Shown: one piece after another, positions 1 to 9,485 of the stretch
Layout of the letters: every line of letters begins with the position of its first letter
How positions within the stretch are numbered: position 1 is the first letter of the stretch
Assembly (NCBI GenBank): GCA_041687335.1
Contig: JAWLCE010000001.1
Location: 168,619-232,618, forward strand
Source of the DNA: Sumerlaeia bacterium
GTDB taxonomy: Bacteria; Sumerlaeota; Sumerlaeia; MVZB01
DNA: 64,000 nucleotides
Direction of reading: 5' to 3'
Notes under the pieces: model-generated
Told to the model about the DNA's origin: nothing
What the model saw: only the letters and a program-made list of their open reading frames with translations
The model's database searches: none
Translations under genes and position numbers: made by a program

Positions 1-63
1 GCATGCGCCGCAATAGAGTCCGCAAAAAGAAACCAGCTTCGGATCGGCAACGATCGGTTTCAT
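1..63 (-). CDS. N-terminal fragment of a hypothetical protein (begins MKPIVADPKLVSFCGLYCGAC, continues past the window start)
   Basis: Reverse complement of 1-63 reads ATG AAA CCG ATC GTT GCC ... TGC GGC GCA TGC in frame; a Cys-rich CxxC-type N-terminus. Truncated by the window edge. Confidence 0.25.
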   Translation of the reverse strand, partial: MKPIVADPKLVSFCGLYCGAC

Positions 64-252
64 GGGCTTCGCCCTCCCCTTGCCCGCAGTCGATTTTGTT
101 GGATCATACTCCACCCCCGGCGGCGGATTCCAGTGCCGATCGGCGGGCCGGCGGACGGCCCTGCCGGTGAACCTTGTTGACCCGCTCGAGCGCGCCATGG
201 ATGATTTTATGAAATGAATGGCTACAAGAAATCGATGCGAGGGGGGGATGGG

Positions 253-1158
253 ATGATGGCTGGTCGCATTCGCAGGTTGATCGCTTTGTGTTCGCTGGCA
301 TTGCTGGCCATGACGGCCCACGGCGCCGAATCCGCGGACCGGATGCGCGTCGACCTGGACCTGGAGTATGCGAGCGTCGAGGGGCGGTCGCTGCGGCTCG
401 ATCTTTATCGGCCGCTTGCCGCCAATGAGGCCACCACGTTTCCCGTTGTGGTCTGGATCCACGGGGGTGGTTGGCGTTCGGGGACCCGCAAATCGGGCAC
501 GGCGCGCGCCGCGCAGTGGCTCGTCCCCGCCGGGATCGCGGTGGCGGGGGTGGAATATCGGCTCAGCGGCGAGGCGAAGTTCCCGGCGCAGATTCACGAT
601 TGCAAGGCGGCGGTGCGTTGGCTGCGCGCGCATGCGGACCAATACGACCTGGCCCCCGAGCGCATCGGCGCCTGGGGCAGCTCCGCCGGCGCGCACCTGG
701 CCGCGCTGCTGGGCGTCACCGCCGGCCATGCCGAGCTCGAAGGGGACCTGGGCCACGCCGACTTCCCCAGCCACATCAGCGCGGTCGTCGATTGGTGGGG
801 GCCGATGGACCTGCTGGAGCTCGCCGAGCTACGGCGCAATACCCCCCACCCGACGCTGATGGCACTGTTCGGGTTCCCCCCGCACGAGCAACCGGAGCGG
901 GTGAAACTCGCCAGCCCGATCCACCACGTCACCCCCGAATCCCCGCCGTTCCTGATTATGCATGGGCTGGAGGACACGGTCGTGCCGCCCTCCGAAAGCA
1001 TCGCCATGGACCGCATCCTGCGCGAGCACGGAGTCGAGAGCACACTGCATCTTTACGAAGGCGTGGGGCACGGAATCCGGGGACCCGATCTAAGCGAATG
1101 GCAAATTGACCGCAAGGTCGTGGAGTTCTTCATACAAACGCTCGGGACCACACACTGA
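253..1158 (+). CDS. secreted alpha/beta-hydrolase (fold-3 esterase/lipase family)
   Basis: Oxyanion-hole motif VVWIHGGGW and nucleophile elbow GSSAGAH are present. The N-terminus has a signal peptide (RLIALCSLALLAMTAHGAE). The ORF track starts at 214; I prefer the internal Met at 253. Confidence 0.8.
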   Translation: MMAGRIRRLIALCSLALLAMTAHGAESADRMRVDLDLEYASVEGRSLRLDLYRPLAANEATTFPVVVWIHGGGWRSGTRKSGTARAAQWLVPAGIAVAGVEYRLSGEAKFPAQIHDCKAAVRWLRAHADQYDLAPERIGAWGSSAGAHLAALLGVTAGHAELEGDLGHADFPSHISAVVDWWGPMDLLELAELRRNTPHPTLMALFGFPPHEQPERVKLASPIHHVTPESPPFLIMHGLEDTVVPPSESIAMDRILREHGVESTLHLYEGVGHGIRGPDLSEWQIDRKVVEFFIQTLGTTH

Positions 1159-1616
1159 GACCGGAGGCAGATTTTGGGGCAGCTTGAATTTGTGATTTTG
1201 CACATGCCTGAATTATTTATTCTTAGCAGGCCTGTTCGGTAGTCGCCGCCCCCGCCGGCAGCCAGCCCGCGGGGGCGTGCTGCGTTTGGGGGCTTGTTTG
1301 GCGGGCCTTTGTCCGGCTTGCCGCGATTCTATGGTGTTTTGCGGTCAATCGTTTATCGTCTTTTGCTTTTGGCCCTCAAGCGGCCTTGCCCAAAAATTGG
1401 TGCCAGAAGGCGATTCTCGTACCGCAAGTCCACAGCCGTTTCACCAAAACGCATGAACAAAGGCGAAACGCAATTAGCCGGGACGCATTTCTGACTTTCG
1501 CTTCCAGGGTCGGGATGCTTGATCCGATCCAATTCCCAAACCTCCTCGCGCTCTCCATCCATTCGCCTTCTTGAAATTAGCTGGAGGAGACACCGGCAGA
1601 GGATGTAGATTCCCAA

Positions 1617-3092
1617 ATGTGCAGCGAATTGTTAAGAGTGGGCTGTGACATGAGGTTGGATTACAAGACGCTGGAGGTCATGCAGAAGCTCAACGCGGCC
1701 TGGCGGCTGTTGCAGTCACCTCATGCGCCGCTGGTGGCCAGCTTTCTGGACCGGGTTTTTCTGGAGCCCAACGTGCGGATGATGGGGCAGGCGGACCTGA
1801 GCGAAGCTCTCGAGGACACGCTGTTCACGCTGCGCGAACAGCGGCCGGGCGCCTACCCGAGGACCGCGCTCGAATACCTCAACGACTGGGCCGATAACGA
1901 GAAAGGCTGGTTGCGCAAGTTCTACGCGGCCGGCTCGGATGAGCCGCAGTTCGACCTGACGCCGGCGGCGGAAAAGGCGCTCAGTTGGCTGGCCAGCCTC
2001 GCCGAGCGCTCCTTCGTCGGCACCGAGTCGCGCCTGTTGACGCTGTTCGAGTTGCTGCGCCAGATGTCGGAAGGCAGCGAGACCGACCCACAGGCGCGGA
2101 TCGATGAGCTGGAGCGGCGCCGCGCCGAGATCGACGCCGAGATCGAGCGGGTCAAGTCGGGCGACATCCCGCTGCTCAACGAGACGGCGGTGCGCGACCG
2201 CTTTCAGCAGTTCCTGCAGTTGGCGCGCGAGCTGCTGGGCGATTTCCGCGAGGTGGAGCACAACTTCCGCCTGCTCGACCGCCATGTGCGCGAGCGGATC
2301 GCGCTTTGGGAGGGGGGCAAGGGCGCGCTGATCGAGCAGATCCTCGGCGAGCGCGACGCCATCGCCGACTCCGACCAGGGGCGCAGCTTCCGCGCGTTCT
2401 GGGAATTCCTGATGTCGCAGAGCCGGCAGGAGGAGCTGACGCGTCTGCTGGGGCGCGTGCTGGAGCTGCCGCCGGTCGCCGAGCTGCATCCCGACGCGCG
2501 GCTGCGGCGGGTGCATTACGACTGGCTGGAGGCGGGCGAGCACACCCAGCGCACCGTCGCCCGGCTCTCGCAGCAGCTGCGCCGTTTCCTCGACGACCAG
2601 GCGTGGCTCGAAAATCGGCGGATCATCGAGATTCTGCGCAACATCGAGTCGGCCGCGCTGGCGGTGCGCGAGGCGCCGCCGGCTGGCCCCTTCATCTCGT
2701 TCCCCGAAAGCTCGGCCGAGATCGAACTGCCGATGGAGCGCCCACTTTTCACCCCGCCGATCCGGCCGGTGCTGCCCGACCTGGAGCTGGAGGCGGGCGA
2801 GGCGGAGGTCGATCTGGCCGCCCTTTACGCCCAAGTCGCGGTGGACAAGCTCGAGCTGGAGGGCAACATCCGCCGCTCGCTGCAGGCGCGCAGCCAGGTC
2901 GCGCTGACCGAATTGCTGGCCGAGCATCCGCTGCGCCACGGGCTGGCCGAGCTGGTGGTCTATCTCCACCTGGCCGCCGAGTGGCCCCATGTGGTGGTGG
3001 ATGAAGAACGCGCAGATGTGGTGGAATGGTGGTCCGACGAAGGCACGGTGCGCCGCGCGCGCCTGCCGGGAATTCTTTTTGTCAGAAGCTGA
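1617..3092 (+). CDS. jetA: Wadjet JetA (DUF3375-like; MksF/kleisin-like subunit)
   Basis: A 491-aa ORF whose N-terminus (LDYKTLEVMQKLNAAWRLLQSPHAPLVASFL) matches the DUF3375 pattern as I recall it. It is first in a four-gene co-directional cluster with JetB, JetC and JetD. Its stop overlaps the jetB start (TGATG at 3090-3094). An alternative start lies at 1650. Confidence 0.8.
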   Translation: MCSELLRVGCDMRLDYKTLEVMQKLNAAWRLLQSPHAPLVASFLDRVFLEPNVRMMGQADLSEALEDTLFTLREQRPGAYPRTALEYLNDWADNEKGWLRKFYAAGSDEPQFDLTPAAEKALSWLASLAERSFVGTESRLLTLFELLRQMSEGSETDPQARIDELERRRAEIDAEIERVKSGDIPLLNETAVRDRFQQFLQLARELLGDFREVEHNFRLLDRHVRERIALWEGGKGALIEQILGERDAIADSDQGRSFRAFWEFLMSQSRQEELTRLLGRVLELPPVAELHPDARLRRVHYDWLEAGEHTQRTVARLSQQLRRFLDDQAWLENRRIIEILRNIESAALAVREAPPAGPFISFPESSAEIELPMERPLFTPPIRPVLPDLELEAGEAEVDLAALYAQVAVDKLELEGNIRRSLQARSQVALTELLAEHPLRHGLAELVVYLHLAAEWPHVVVDEERADVVEWWSDEGTVRRARLPGILFVRS

Positions 3093-3715
3093 TGATGGAT
3101 CCGTCCTTGGAAAATTCCACGGCCACCGCGCCGCAGCTTGGGCAGGTCGTCGTGCCGCTACTCAAGGGGGTGATTTACCGGGATGCGAATCCCGAGCCGT
3201 GGAAGGCGCTGCTCGCGCTGCAGATGACGGTGCGCGAGTATGTTGCCGTGCTCGGGCTCGAACTGGAGCTGGACGAGGCCGAGGGGTATGCCTTTCTTCG
3301 CTCGCGCTCGGGGGAAGTCGCCGAGCAGCCCGAGGCGCCGCGGCTGGTGGCGCGCCGCCAACTCTCCTTCCCCGTCAGCCTGCTGCTGGCGCTGCTGCGC
3401 AAGAAGCTGGCTGAATCTGACGCCGGCGGCGGCGAGACGCGGCTGGTTCTTTCCCGCGACCAAGTCGTTGAGATGATCCGCGTCTTCCTGCCCGAGGGGA
3501 GCAACGAGGCGCGGCTGGTCGACCAGGTCGATCAGCACATCAAAAAAATAGCCGACCTGGGTTTCGTCCAGGAGTTACGCGGGCCGGAGAAGGTCTTCGA
3601 GGTGCGGCGCATCATCAAGGCCTTTGTCGACGCGCAGTGGCTTGCCGAATTTGAGCAGCGGCTGGCCGCCTATCGCGACCATGCCGCCGGCCGGAGCGAG
3701 CAGGACGATGCATGA
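3092..3715 (+). CDS. jetB: Wadjet JetB (DUF4194-like; MksE-like subunit)
   Basis: About 207 aa, acidic and helical (VVVPLLKGVIYRDANPEPWKALLALQ...). It sits between the DUF3375-like gene and the SMC-like ATPase. Its start overlaps the jetA stop and its stop overlaps the jetC start. Confidence 0.8.
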   Translation: MMDPSLENSTATAPQLGQVVVPLLKGVIYRDANPEPWKALLALQMTVREYVAVLGLELELDEAEGYAFLRSRSGEVAEQPEAPRLVARRQLSFPVSLLLALLRKKLAESDAGGGETRLVLSRDQVVEMIRVFLPEGSNEARLVDQVDQHIKKIADLGFVQELRGPEKVFEVRRIIKAFVDAQWLAEFEQRLAAYRDHAAGRSEQDDA

Positions 3716-6700
3716 ACTGGAAGAGCTGAGCCTGGATTTCATCGCCGATGATACGCAGGCCGGTTTCCGGCTGCGCCGGCTCGAGGTCTTCAACTGGGGC
3801 ACCTTCGACGGCCGCGTCTGGACGCTACGGCTGGACGGGCGCAACGGGCTCCTGACCGGCGACATCGGCTCGGGCAAGTCGACGCTGGTCGATGCGCTGA
3901 CGGTCCTGCTCGTTCCAACTCAGCGCATCACGTTCAACCGCGCAGCCGGCGCCGACACCCGCGAGCGCACGCTGCGCAGCTACGTGCTCGGCCATTACAA
4001 GTCCGAGCGTAATGATCTTTCGGGCAGCTCGCGGCCGGTTGGGCTGCGCGATCACAACAACTACTCGGTCATCCTCGGCGTGTTCCACAACGAGGGCTAC
4101 CAGCAGACGGTGACGCTGGCCGTCGTGTTTTACTGGGGCCAGAATCCGCAGGGGCAGCCCGAGCGGCTTTATGTGGCGAGCGAGGGGGACCTCTCGATTA
4201 CGAGCGAGTTCTCGCGGTTCGGTTCGATCGCCGCGCTGCGCAAGCGGCTGCGCGCCGCGGGCGCCGAGTGCCACGACAGTTATCCGCCCTACGGCGCGTG
4301 GTTCCGCCGGCGTTTCGGCATCCAGAACGAGCAGGCGCTCGACCTGTTCTACCAGACGGTCTCAATGAAATCGGTGGGCAACCTGACCGACTTCGTGCGC
4401 GGGCACATGCTCGAGCCGTTCGCCGTCGAGCCGCGCATCAAGGCGCTGATCGAGCACTTCGACGATCTCAACCGCGCGCATGAGGCAGTGCTCAAGGCCC
4501 GGCGCCAGATCGAGCTGCTCACGCCGCTGGTGAATGATTCCGTCCGGCATGCCGAACTGACCGCCGAGACCGAACGGCTGCGCGGCTGTCGCGAGGCGCT
4601 CAAGCCATGGTTCGCAGGCCTCAAGGCCCTGCTGCTCGACCGCCGGATCGAGTCACTGGCCGAGGACGCCGCCCGCCAGCAGGCGAAGAACGACCGGCTC
4701 GAGGAGCGGCAGCGAGCGCTGCGCACGCAGGCCGTCGAGTTGCAGGCCAGCATCTTCGAGCAGGGCGGCAACCGGATCGAACAGCTCGAGCGTCAGATCG
4801 CGCAGCGGGAAATCGAAAAGCGGGCGCGACTGGAGAAACATGGGAGATACGTGGAACTGGCCGGGGCCGCCGGCATCGCGCCGGCCGATGGCGACGAGGC
4901 GTTTGTCGTGCAGCGGGGCGAGATCGAGGCACTGCGCGAGGCGGCCGCCGCACGCGAAAGCGAGCTGCAAAACGAGCTGACCGAGCAGGAAGTGACCATG
5001 CGCCAGGGGCGCGAGGAGCTGCGCCTGCTGACGGTCGAAATCGACAGCCTGAAGGCGCGCCGCAGCAACATCGACTCGACCCAGGTCAAAATCCGCGAGG
5101 CCTTGTGCGCCGCGCTGGGCCTGGAAGAGCAGGACCTGCCCTTCGCGGGCGAGCTGATCCGCGTGCGCGAGGAGGAGCGTGACTGGGAGGGTGCGATCGA
5201 GCGCGTCATGCGCAACTTCGGCCTGTCGCTGCTGGTGCCCGACGAGGAATACACGCGCGTGGCCGATTGGGTCGATCGGACGCACCTCAAGGGCCTGCTG
5301 GTTTACTTCCGCGTGCGGGGCGACGGCCGCGCGCCGATCCCCACGCCGCACGCGCACGCGCTGGCGCGCAAGGTCGACATCCGCCCTGAATCGCCCTTCT
5401 ATCCATGGCTCGAGCAGCGGATCGCGCAGCGCTTCGACCACGTCTGCTGCGCGACGCAGGAGCAGTTCCGCCGCGAGAGCAAGGCGATCACACGCGCCGG
5501 CCAGATCAAGGCCCCCGGCGAGCGCCATGAAAAGGACGACCGCCACCGGATCGATGATCGCGAGCGCTACGTGCTCGGCTGGGACAACCGGGACAAGATT
5601 GAGGCGCTGGAGCAGAAGGCTCGTTTGCTTGAAGCGAGCATCGCCACGATCGGCGGGCGCATCGCTGCACTGCAAAAGGAACAGCAGGCCATCAGTGAAC
5701 GGCGCGCGGCGCTTGACAAGCTCGGTGAGTATCGCAGCTTTCAGGAGCTGGACTGGAAGCCTGTTGCACTCGAGATCGAGCAGCTCAAGGAAGAGAAACA
5801 GCGGCTCGAGGCGGCCTCGGACCTGCTCAGGGCGCTGACGGAGCGGCTGCGCGCCGTCGAGGCCGACGAGACGGAGGTCAATCGCGAGATCAAGGAACGG
5901 ATCGCGAGGCACAGCTCATTCGTTGAGAAGCGGGCGGCGGCGGAGGAGTTGCGCCGGCAGGCGCGCGAGACGCATGAGGCGGGCGGCTCGCTGACTGGCC
6001 ACTATGACGCCCTCACTGCGCTGCGCGCCGAGGCGCTCGGCGACCGGCAGCTCACCGTCGAATCCTGCGACAGCCGCGAGCAGGAGATGCGCGAATGGCT
6101 TCAGGCCCGCATCGACGCTGAGGACAAGCGCCTGCAGCGGATGCGCGACCGCATCATCGACGCGATGCGCTCCTACAAGGAAGAGTTCAAGCTGGAAACC
6201 CGCGAAGTGGACGTTGCCATCGAGGCGGCCGGCGAGTACGGCGCGATGCTCAGCGAGCTTGTGGGCAACGACCTACCCCGCTTCGAGCGGCGCTTCAAGG
6301 AATTGCTCAACGAGACCGCCATCCGCGAGATCGCCAACTTCCACGGTCAACTGGCGCGCGAGCGCGAACAGATCCGCGAGCGGATCGACCGCATCAATGC
6401 CTCGATGACACAAATCGACTTCAACCCGGGCCGTTACATCCGGCTCGAAGCCGAGCCGACACACGACACCGAGATCCGCGACTTCCTCACCGAATTGCGC
6501 TCCTGCACCGAGGGCGAGCTGACCGGCTCGACCGACGAGGAATACACCGAGAAGAAATTCCTGCAGGTCCGCAAGATCATCGAGCGCTTCCGCGGCCGCA
6601 CCGGCCTGAGCGAGATCGACCGCCGCTGGACAACCAAGGTGACCGACGTGCGCAACTGGTTCGTCTTTGCCGGCAGCGAGCGCTGGCGCGCCGACGACAC

Positions 6701-7076
6701 CGAGGATCAGCACCATTCCGATTCCAGCGGCAAGTCGGGCGGCCAGAAGGAAAAGCTCGCCTACACGGTGCTGGCGGCGAGCCTGGCCTACCAGTTCGGC
6801 CTGGAGTGGGGCGAGGTCCGCTCGCGCTCGTTCCGCTTCGTCGTGATCGACGAGGCCTTCGGCCGCGGCTCGGACGAGTCGACCCGCTATGCGCTGGAGC
6901 TTTTTGCCAGGCTCAACCTGCAACTGCTGATCATCACCCCGCTGCAGAAGATCAACGTGATCGAACCCTATGTGGCCGCGGTCGGGTTCGTTCACAATCA
7001 GGAGGGGCGTGCCTCGGTGCTGCGCAACCTGACGATCGATGAATATCGCGCCGAGAAGGCCAGGGAGGGCGCGTGA
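3708..7076 (+). CDS. jetC: Wadjet JetC (SMC/SbcC-like ATPase; MksB-like)
   Basis: The N-terminal Walker A motif is GDIGSGKSTLVDAL. A ~900-aa E/R/L/Q-rich coiled-coil region follows. The C-terminus carries the signature and Walker B/D-loop (SGGQKEKLAYTVLAASLAY...FRFVVIDEAFGRGSDEST). The start ATG at 3708 lies within ATGCATGA, overlapping the jetB stop. Confidence 0.9.
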   Translation: MHELEELSLDFIADDTQAGFRLRRLEVFNWGTFDGRVWTLRLDGRNGLLTGDIGSGKSTLVDALTVLLVPTQRITFNRAAGADTRERTLRSYVLGHYKSERNDLSGSSRPVGLRDHNNYSVILGVFHNEGYQQTVTLAVVFYWGQNPQGQPERLYVASEGDLSITSEFSRFGSIAALRKRLRAAGAECHDSYPPYGAWFRRRFGIQNEQALDLFYQTVSMKSVGNLTDFVRGHMLEPFAVEPRIKALIEHFDDLNRAHEAVLKARRQIELLTPLVNDSVRHAELTAETERLRGCREALKPWFAGLKALLLDRRIESLAEDAARQQAKNDRLEERQRALRTQAVELQASIFEQGGNRIEQLERQIAQREIEKRARLEKHGRYVELAGAAGIAPADGDEAFVVQRGEIEALREAAAARESELQNELTEQEVTMRQGREELRLLTVEIDSLKARRSNIDSTQVKIREALCAALGLEEQDLPFAGELIRVREEERDWEGAIERVMRNFGLSLLVPDEEYTRVADWVDRTHLKGLLVYFRVRGDGRAPIPTPHAHALARKVDIRPESPFYPWLEQRIAQRFDHVCCATQEQFRRESKAITRAGQIKAPGERHEKDDRHRIDDRERYVLGWDNRDKIEALEQKARLLEASIATIGGRIAALQKEQQAISERRAALDKLGEYRSFQELDWKPVALEIEQLKEEKQRLEAASDLLRALTERLRAVEADETEVNREIKERIARHSSFVEKRAAAEELRRQARETHEAGGSLTGHYDALTALRAEALGDRQLTVESCDSREQEMREWLQARIDAEDKRLQRMRDRIIDAMRSYKEEFKLETREVDVAIEAAGEYGAMLSELVGNDLPRFERRFKELLNETAIREIANFHGQLAREREQIRERIDRINASMTQIDFNPGRYIRLEAEPTHDTEIRDFLTELRSCTEGELTGSTDEEYTEKKFLQVRKIIERFRGRTGLSEIDRRWTTKVTDVRNWFVFAGSERWRADDTEDQHHSDSSGKSGGQKEKLAYTVLAASLAYQFGLEWGEVRSRSFRFVVIDEAFGRGSDESTRYALELFARLNLQLLIITPLQKINVIEPYVAAVGFVHNQEGRASVLRNLTIDEYRAEKAREGA

Positions 7077-8263
7077 GCTGGACCACTCCCGCCGACATTC
7101 GTGCGCAGGCACGCCGGTTATGGGAGAGCGGGCGGCTGCCGGCCGCGCTGGTCACGGGAGAGGAGCTCTTCCCGCGCCGGCTGGTGCTGAAGAAACCCGG
7201 CTCGGGCGAGCTGGCCGAACAGTTCGCGCGGGTGCGCGGGTGGATCGACACACTGCGCAAGGGCGAGGCGGACGGCTACCGCATCCGCTGGCGCGAGTTC
7301 AATCATCGCGTGCTCGGCGTCAACTCGTTGCCCGACGAGATCTGGATCGATTCGACCGACGATGCGCTGCGCCTGATCGGCCAGCGCACGGCCGCCGCGC
7401 GACTGCGCGAACTGGCGGATCAGGCCCGGACGCGCCGGCCCGAGTTGCTCGCCTGGCTCGCGCGCCGTCCGCTGCGCGCGCTCGAACTGGCCCCGGACTG
7501 GCCGCGCCTGCTCGACATCGTCGACTGGCTGGCCGCCCACCCGCGCCCGGCCATTTACATGCGCCAGCTCGACCTACCGGGGGTGCACACCAAGTTCATC
7601 GAAGCCCATCGCGGCGCCCTCGCCGAGATGCTCGAGCTTGTGCTGCCGGCCGAGGCCGTCGATTGCGAGGCCTCCGGCATCGGCGGCTTCTGCCGGCGCT
7701 ACGGGTTTCGCGATCGCCCCCTGCGCGTGCGCTTCCGCCTGCTCGATCCCGCGCTGGCCGTCTTTCCCGGTGGCGGGGAGCAGGATATCACCGTCAATCA
7801 GGATGTTTTTGCCGCACTCCGCTTGTCGGTCCGTCGTGTCTTCATCACCGAGAACGAGATCAACTACCTCGCCCTGCCGCCGGTTTCGGCCGGCATGGTC
7901 ATCTTCGGCGGCGGCTACGGCTTCGAGATGCTGTCTGGCGCCGATTGGCTGCACGATTGCGCGGTGCATTACTGGGGCGACATCGACACTCACGGCTTCG
8001 CGATCCTCGACCAGCTGCGCGCGCGCCTGCCGCACGCGCATTCCTTCCTGATGGACCGCGAGACCCTGCTGGAACATCGCGCCCTCTGGGGCGAGGAAAG
8101 TCGGCCCGAAAAGCGCGACCTTCACCGGCTTACGCAGCCCGAAACAGCTCTCTATGATGACCTGCGTGAGGACCATTTGGCCCCGCGCCTGCGCCTTGAA
8201 CAGGAAAAAATCAGCTTTGACTGGGTCCGTCAAACTCTCAGCGGTCTCGGATTGATCGGTTGA
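7073..8263 (+). CDS. jetD: Wadjet JetD (DUF3322 N-domain plus DUF2220/Toprim-like nuclease domain; MksG-like)
   Basis: A 396-aa ORF with a GTG start overlapping the jetC stop (GTGA). The C-terminal region has a Toprim-like acidic motif (YWGDIDTHGFAILDQLR) preceded by ENEINYL. Its position and size fit JetD. Confidence 0.85.
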   Translation: MSWTTPADIRAQARRLWESGRLPAALVTGEELFPRRLVLKKPGSGELAEQFARVRGWIDTLRKGEADGYRIRWREFNHRVLGVNSLPDEIWIDSTDDALRLIGQRTAAARLRELADQARTRRPELLAWLARRPLRALELAPDWPRLLDIVDWLAAHPRPAIYMRQLDLPGVHTKFIEAHRGALAEMLELVLPAEAVDCEASGIGGFCRRYGFRDRPLRVRFRLLDPALAVFPGGGEQDITVNQDVFAALRLSVRRVFITENEINYLALPPVSAGMVIFGGGYGFEMLSGADWLHDCAVHYWGDIDTHGFAILDQLRARLPHAHSFLMDRETLLEHRALWGEESRPEKRDLHRLTQPETALYDDLREDHLAPRLRLEQEKISFDWVRQTLSGLGLIG

Positions 8264-8514
8264 AAGTGTATAGCGGACACCTGTTGCGGAATAATCAATC
8301 CTGCCGGGGTGCTGTTGGGAGCTTCGCCATCCGCCAAGGACCCCCTGGCCCGCCGTTGCGCATCTTGCTGCCGGCATCAAGCTACTCGCAACTTGATCTA
8401 AGCGCCGGTGCATGCAAGGATGACCGCAAGTGACAAGATGGTCGCTCTGTCCGGTGGTGCGATCGCACCGTGATCGCCTGCCGATTCTGGAATGGCAGTT
8501 GCCTGGAGGGCGTG

Positions 8515-9483
8515 ATGAGTCAGCAATCATTGATGCCGGGTGCCTCTGGATCGGGGCGCGCGCCGAGCGTGCTCGCCCCCGATTGGTGGGACTACACCAC
8601 GCTCGATCGCGAGCTGTTGGCAGAAGCCGCACGCCTCAGCGCCGAGGATCTGGGCGCCCTGTCGCGGCCCGGATTTCAGGTGAAGTTTTTTGACACGCTC
8701 GAGGAGTTTTACCTGGCCGAGGCGCTCGAGTATATCCAGGCCTGGCGCCAGTCCAGTGCCGACAATCCGGTTGGGATTTGCGGCCCGATCGGCCCCACCG
8801 AGCAATTGCCGCTGGTGGCGCGGCTGGTCAACGAGCTCAATCTGTCATTGCGCGACGCCCACTTCTGGGGGATGGATGAATGGGTGGTGGACGGACGCGA
8901 GGTTCCCGAGGACCACCCCCTGTCGTTCGCAAGGGCTGACATGGAGCTGTGTTTCAACCGGATCGCCCCGGAGCTTTCGATGCCGCGCGAGAACCTGCAC
9001 TTTCCGAAGGCTGATACCACCGATTACCGTCGCAGCTGGGACGGCTCGATCCGTTGCGCGATCATGCAGGGGGGGCAGGGCGACGTGAAGCACTGGGCCT
9101 TCAATGATCCGCCGCGCCGCGAGGGTGCCTGGGTCGAATCACCACCCCCGCCCGAGGAATACCTCAAGTTGCCCACGCGCGTCGTCGACCTCCACCCGCT
9201 CACCATCATGCAAAACGCGCGCACTTCGGGGGGCGGCATGGTCGACCTGGTGCCGACGCAGGCGGTCACAGTCGGTCCGCTCGAAACCTGGCGCGCCGAG
9301 AAGGTCTCGATCTGGCACGCCGGCATGCACGACAACCCGTTCGGCCTGCGACTGACCGCACTGATGATCAGCAAGGGACTGCCCGACTCGGCGGTGCCGA
9401 TGTCGCTGCTGGCGCTGCACCCCAACGTGCAGTTCAATTACTATCGGCCCGCCATCGGCACGTGCAGCGTGGAGATGCATTGA
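8515..9483 (+). CDS. glucosamine-6-phosphate deaminase/isomerase (NagB)-family protein
   Basis: [17 protein letters not shown] aligns with the NagB TFNMDEYVGLPKEHP motif, and [11 protein letters not shown] aligns with NagB GNDGHIAFNEP. Start chosen at the internal Met at 8515. Confidence 0.6.
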   Translation: MSQQSLMPGASGSGRAPSVLAPDWWDYTTLDRELLAEAARLSAEDLGALSRPGFQVKFFDTLEEFYLAEALEYIQAWRQSSADNPVGICGPIGPTEQLPLVARLVNELNLSLRDAHFWGMDEWVVDGREVPEDHPLSFARADMELCFNRIAPELSMPRENLHFPKADTTDYRRSWDGSIRCAIMQGGQGDVKHWAFNDPPRREGAWVESPPPPEEYLKLPTRVVDLHPLTIMQNARTSGGGMVDLVPTQAVTVGPLETWRAEKVSIWHAGMHDNPFGLRLTALMISKGLPDSAVPMSLLALHPNVQFNYYRPAIGTCSVEMH

Positions 9484-9485
9484 GG

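Noticed and set aside
1294-1616. Small ORFs (60-87 aa) in the jetA leader
   Set aside because: They are overlapping, on both strands, without RBS or compositional support. The region is better treated as a non-coding leader.
1716-2990. 424-aa minus-strand ORF antisense to jetA
   Set aside because: It lies entirely inside the jetA coding frame on the opposite strand. Its composition is Arg/Leu/Gln-rich low complexity, typical of high-GC shadow ORFs, with no start context or motif.
4653-5912. 419-aa minus-strand ORF antisense to jetC, plus several 100-200-aa ORFs in the same region
   Set aside because: Antisense shadow ORFs within the SMC-like gene. They have no recognisable domains and would conflict with the well-supported jetC frame.
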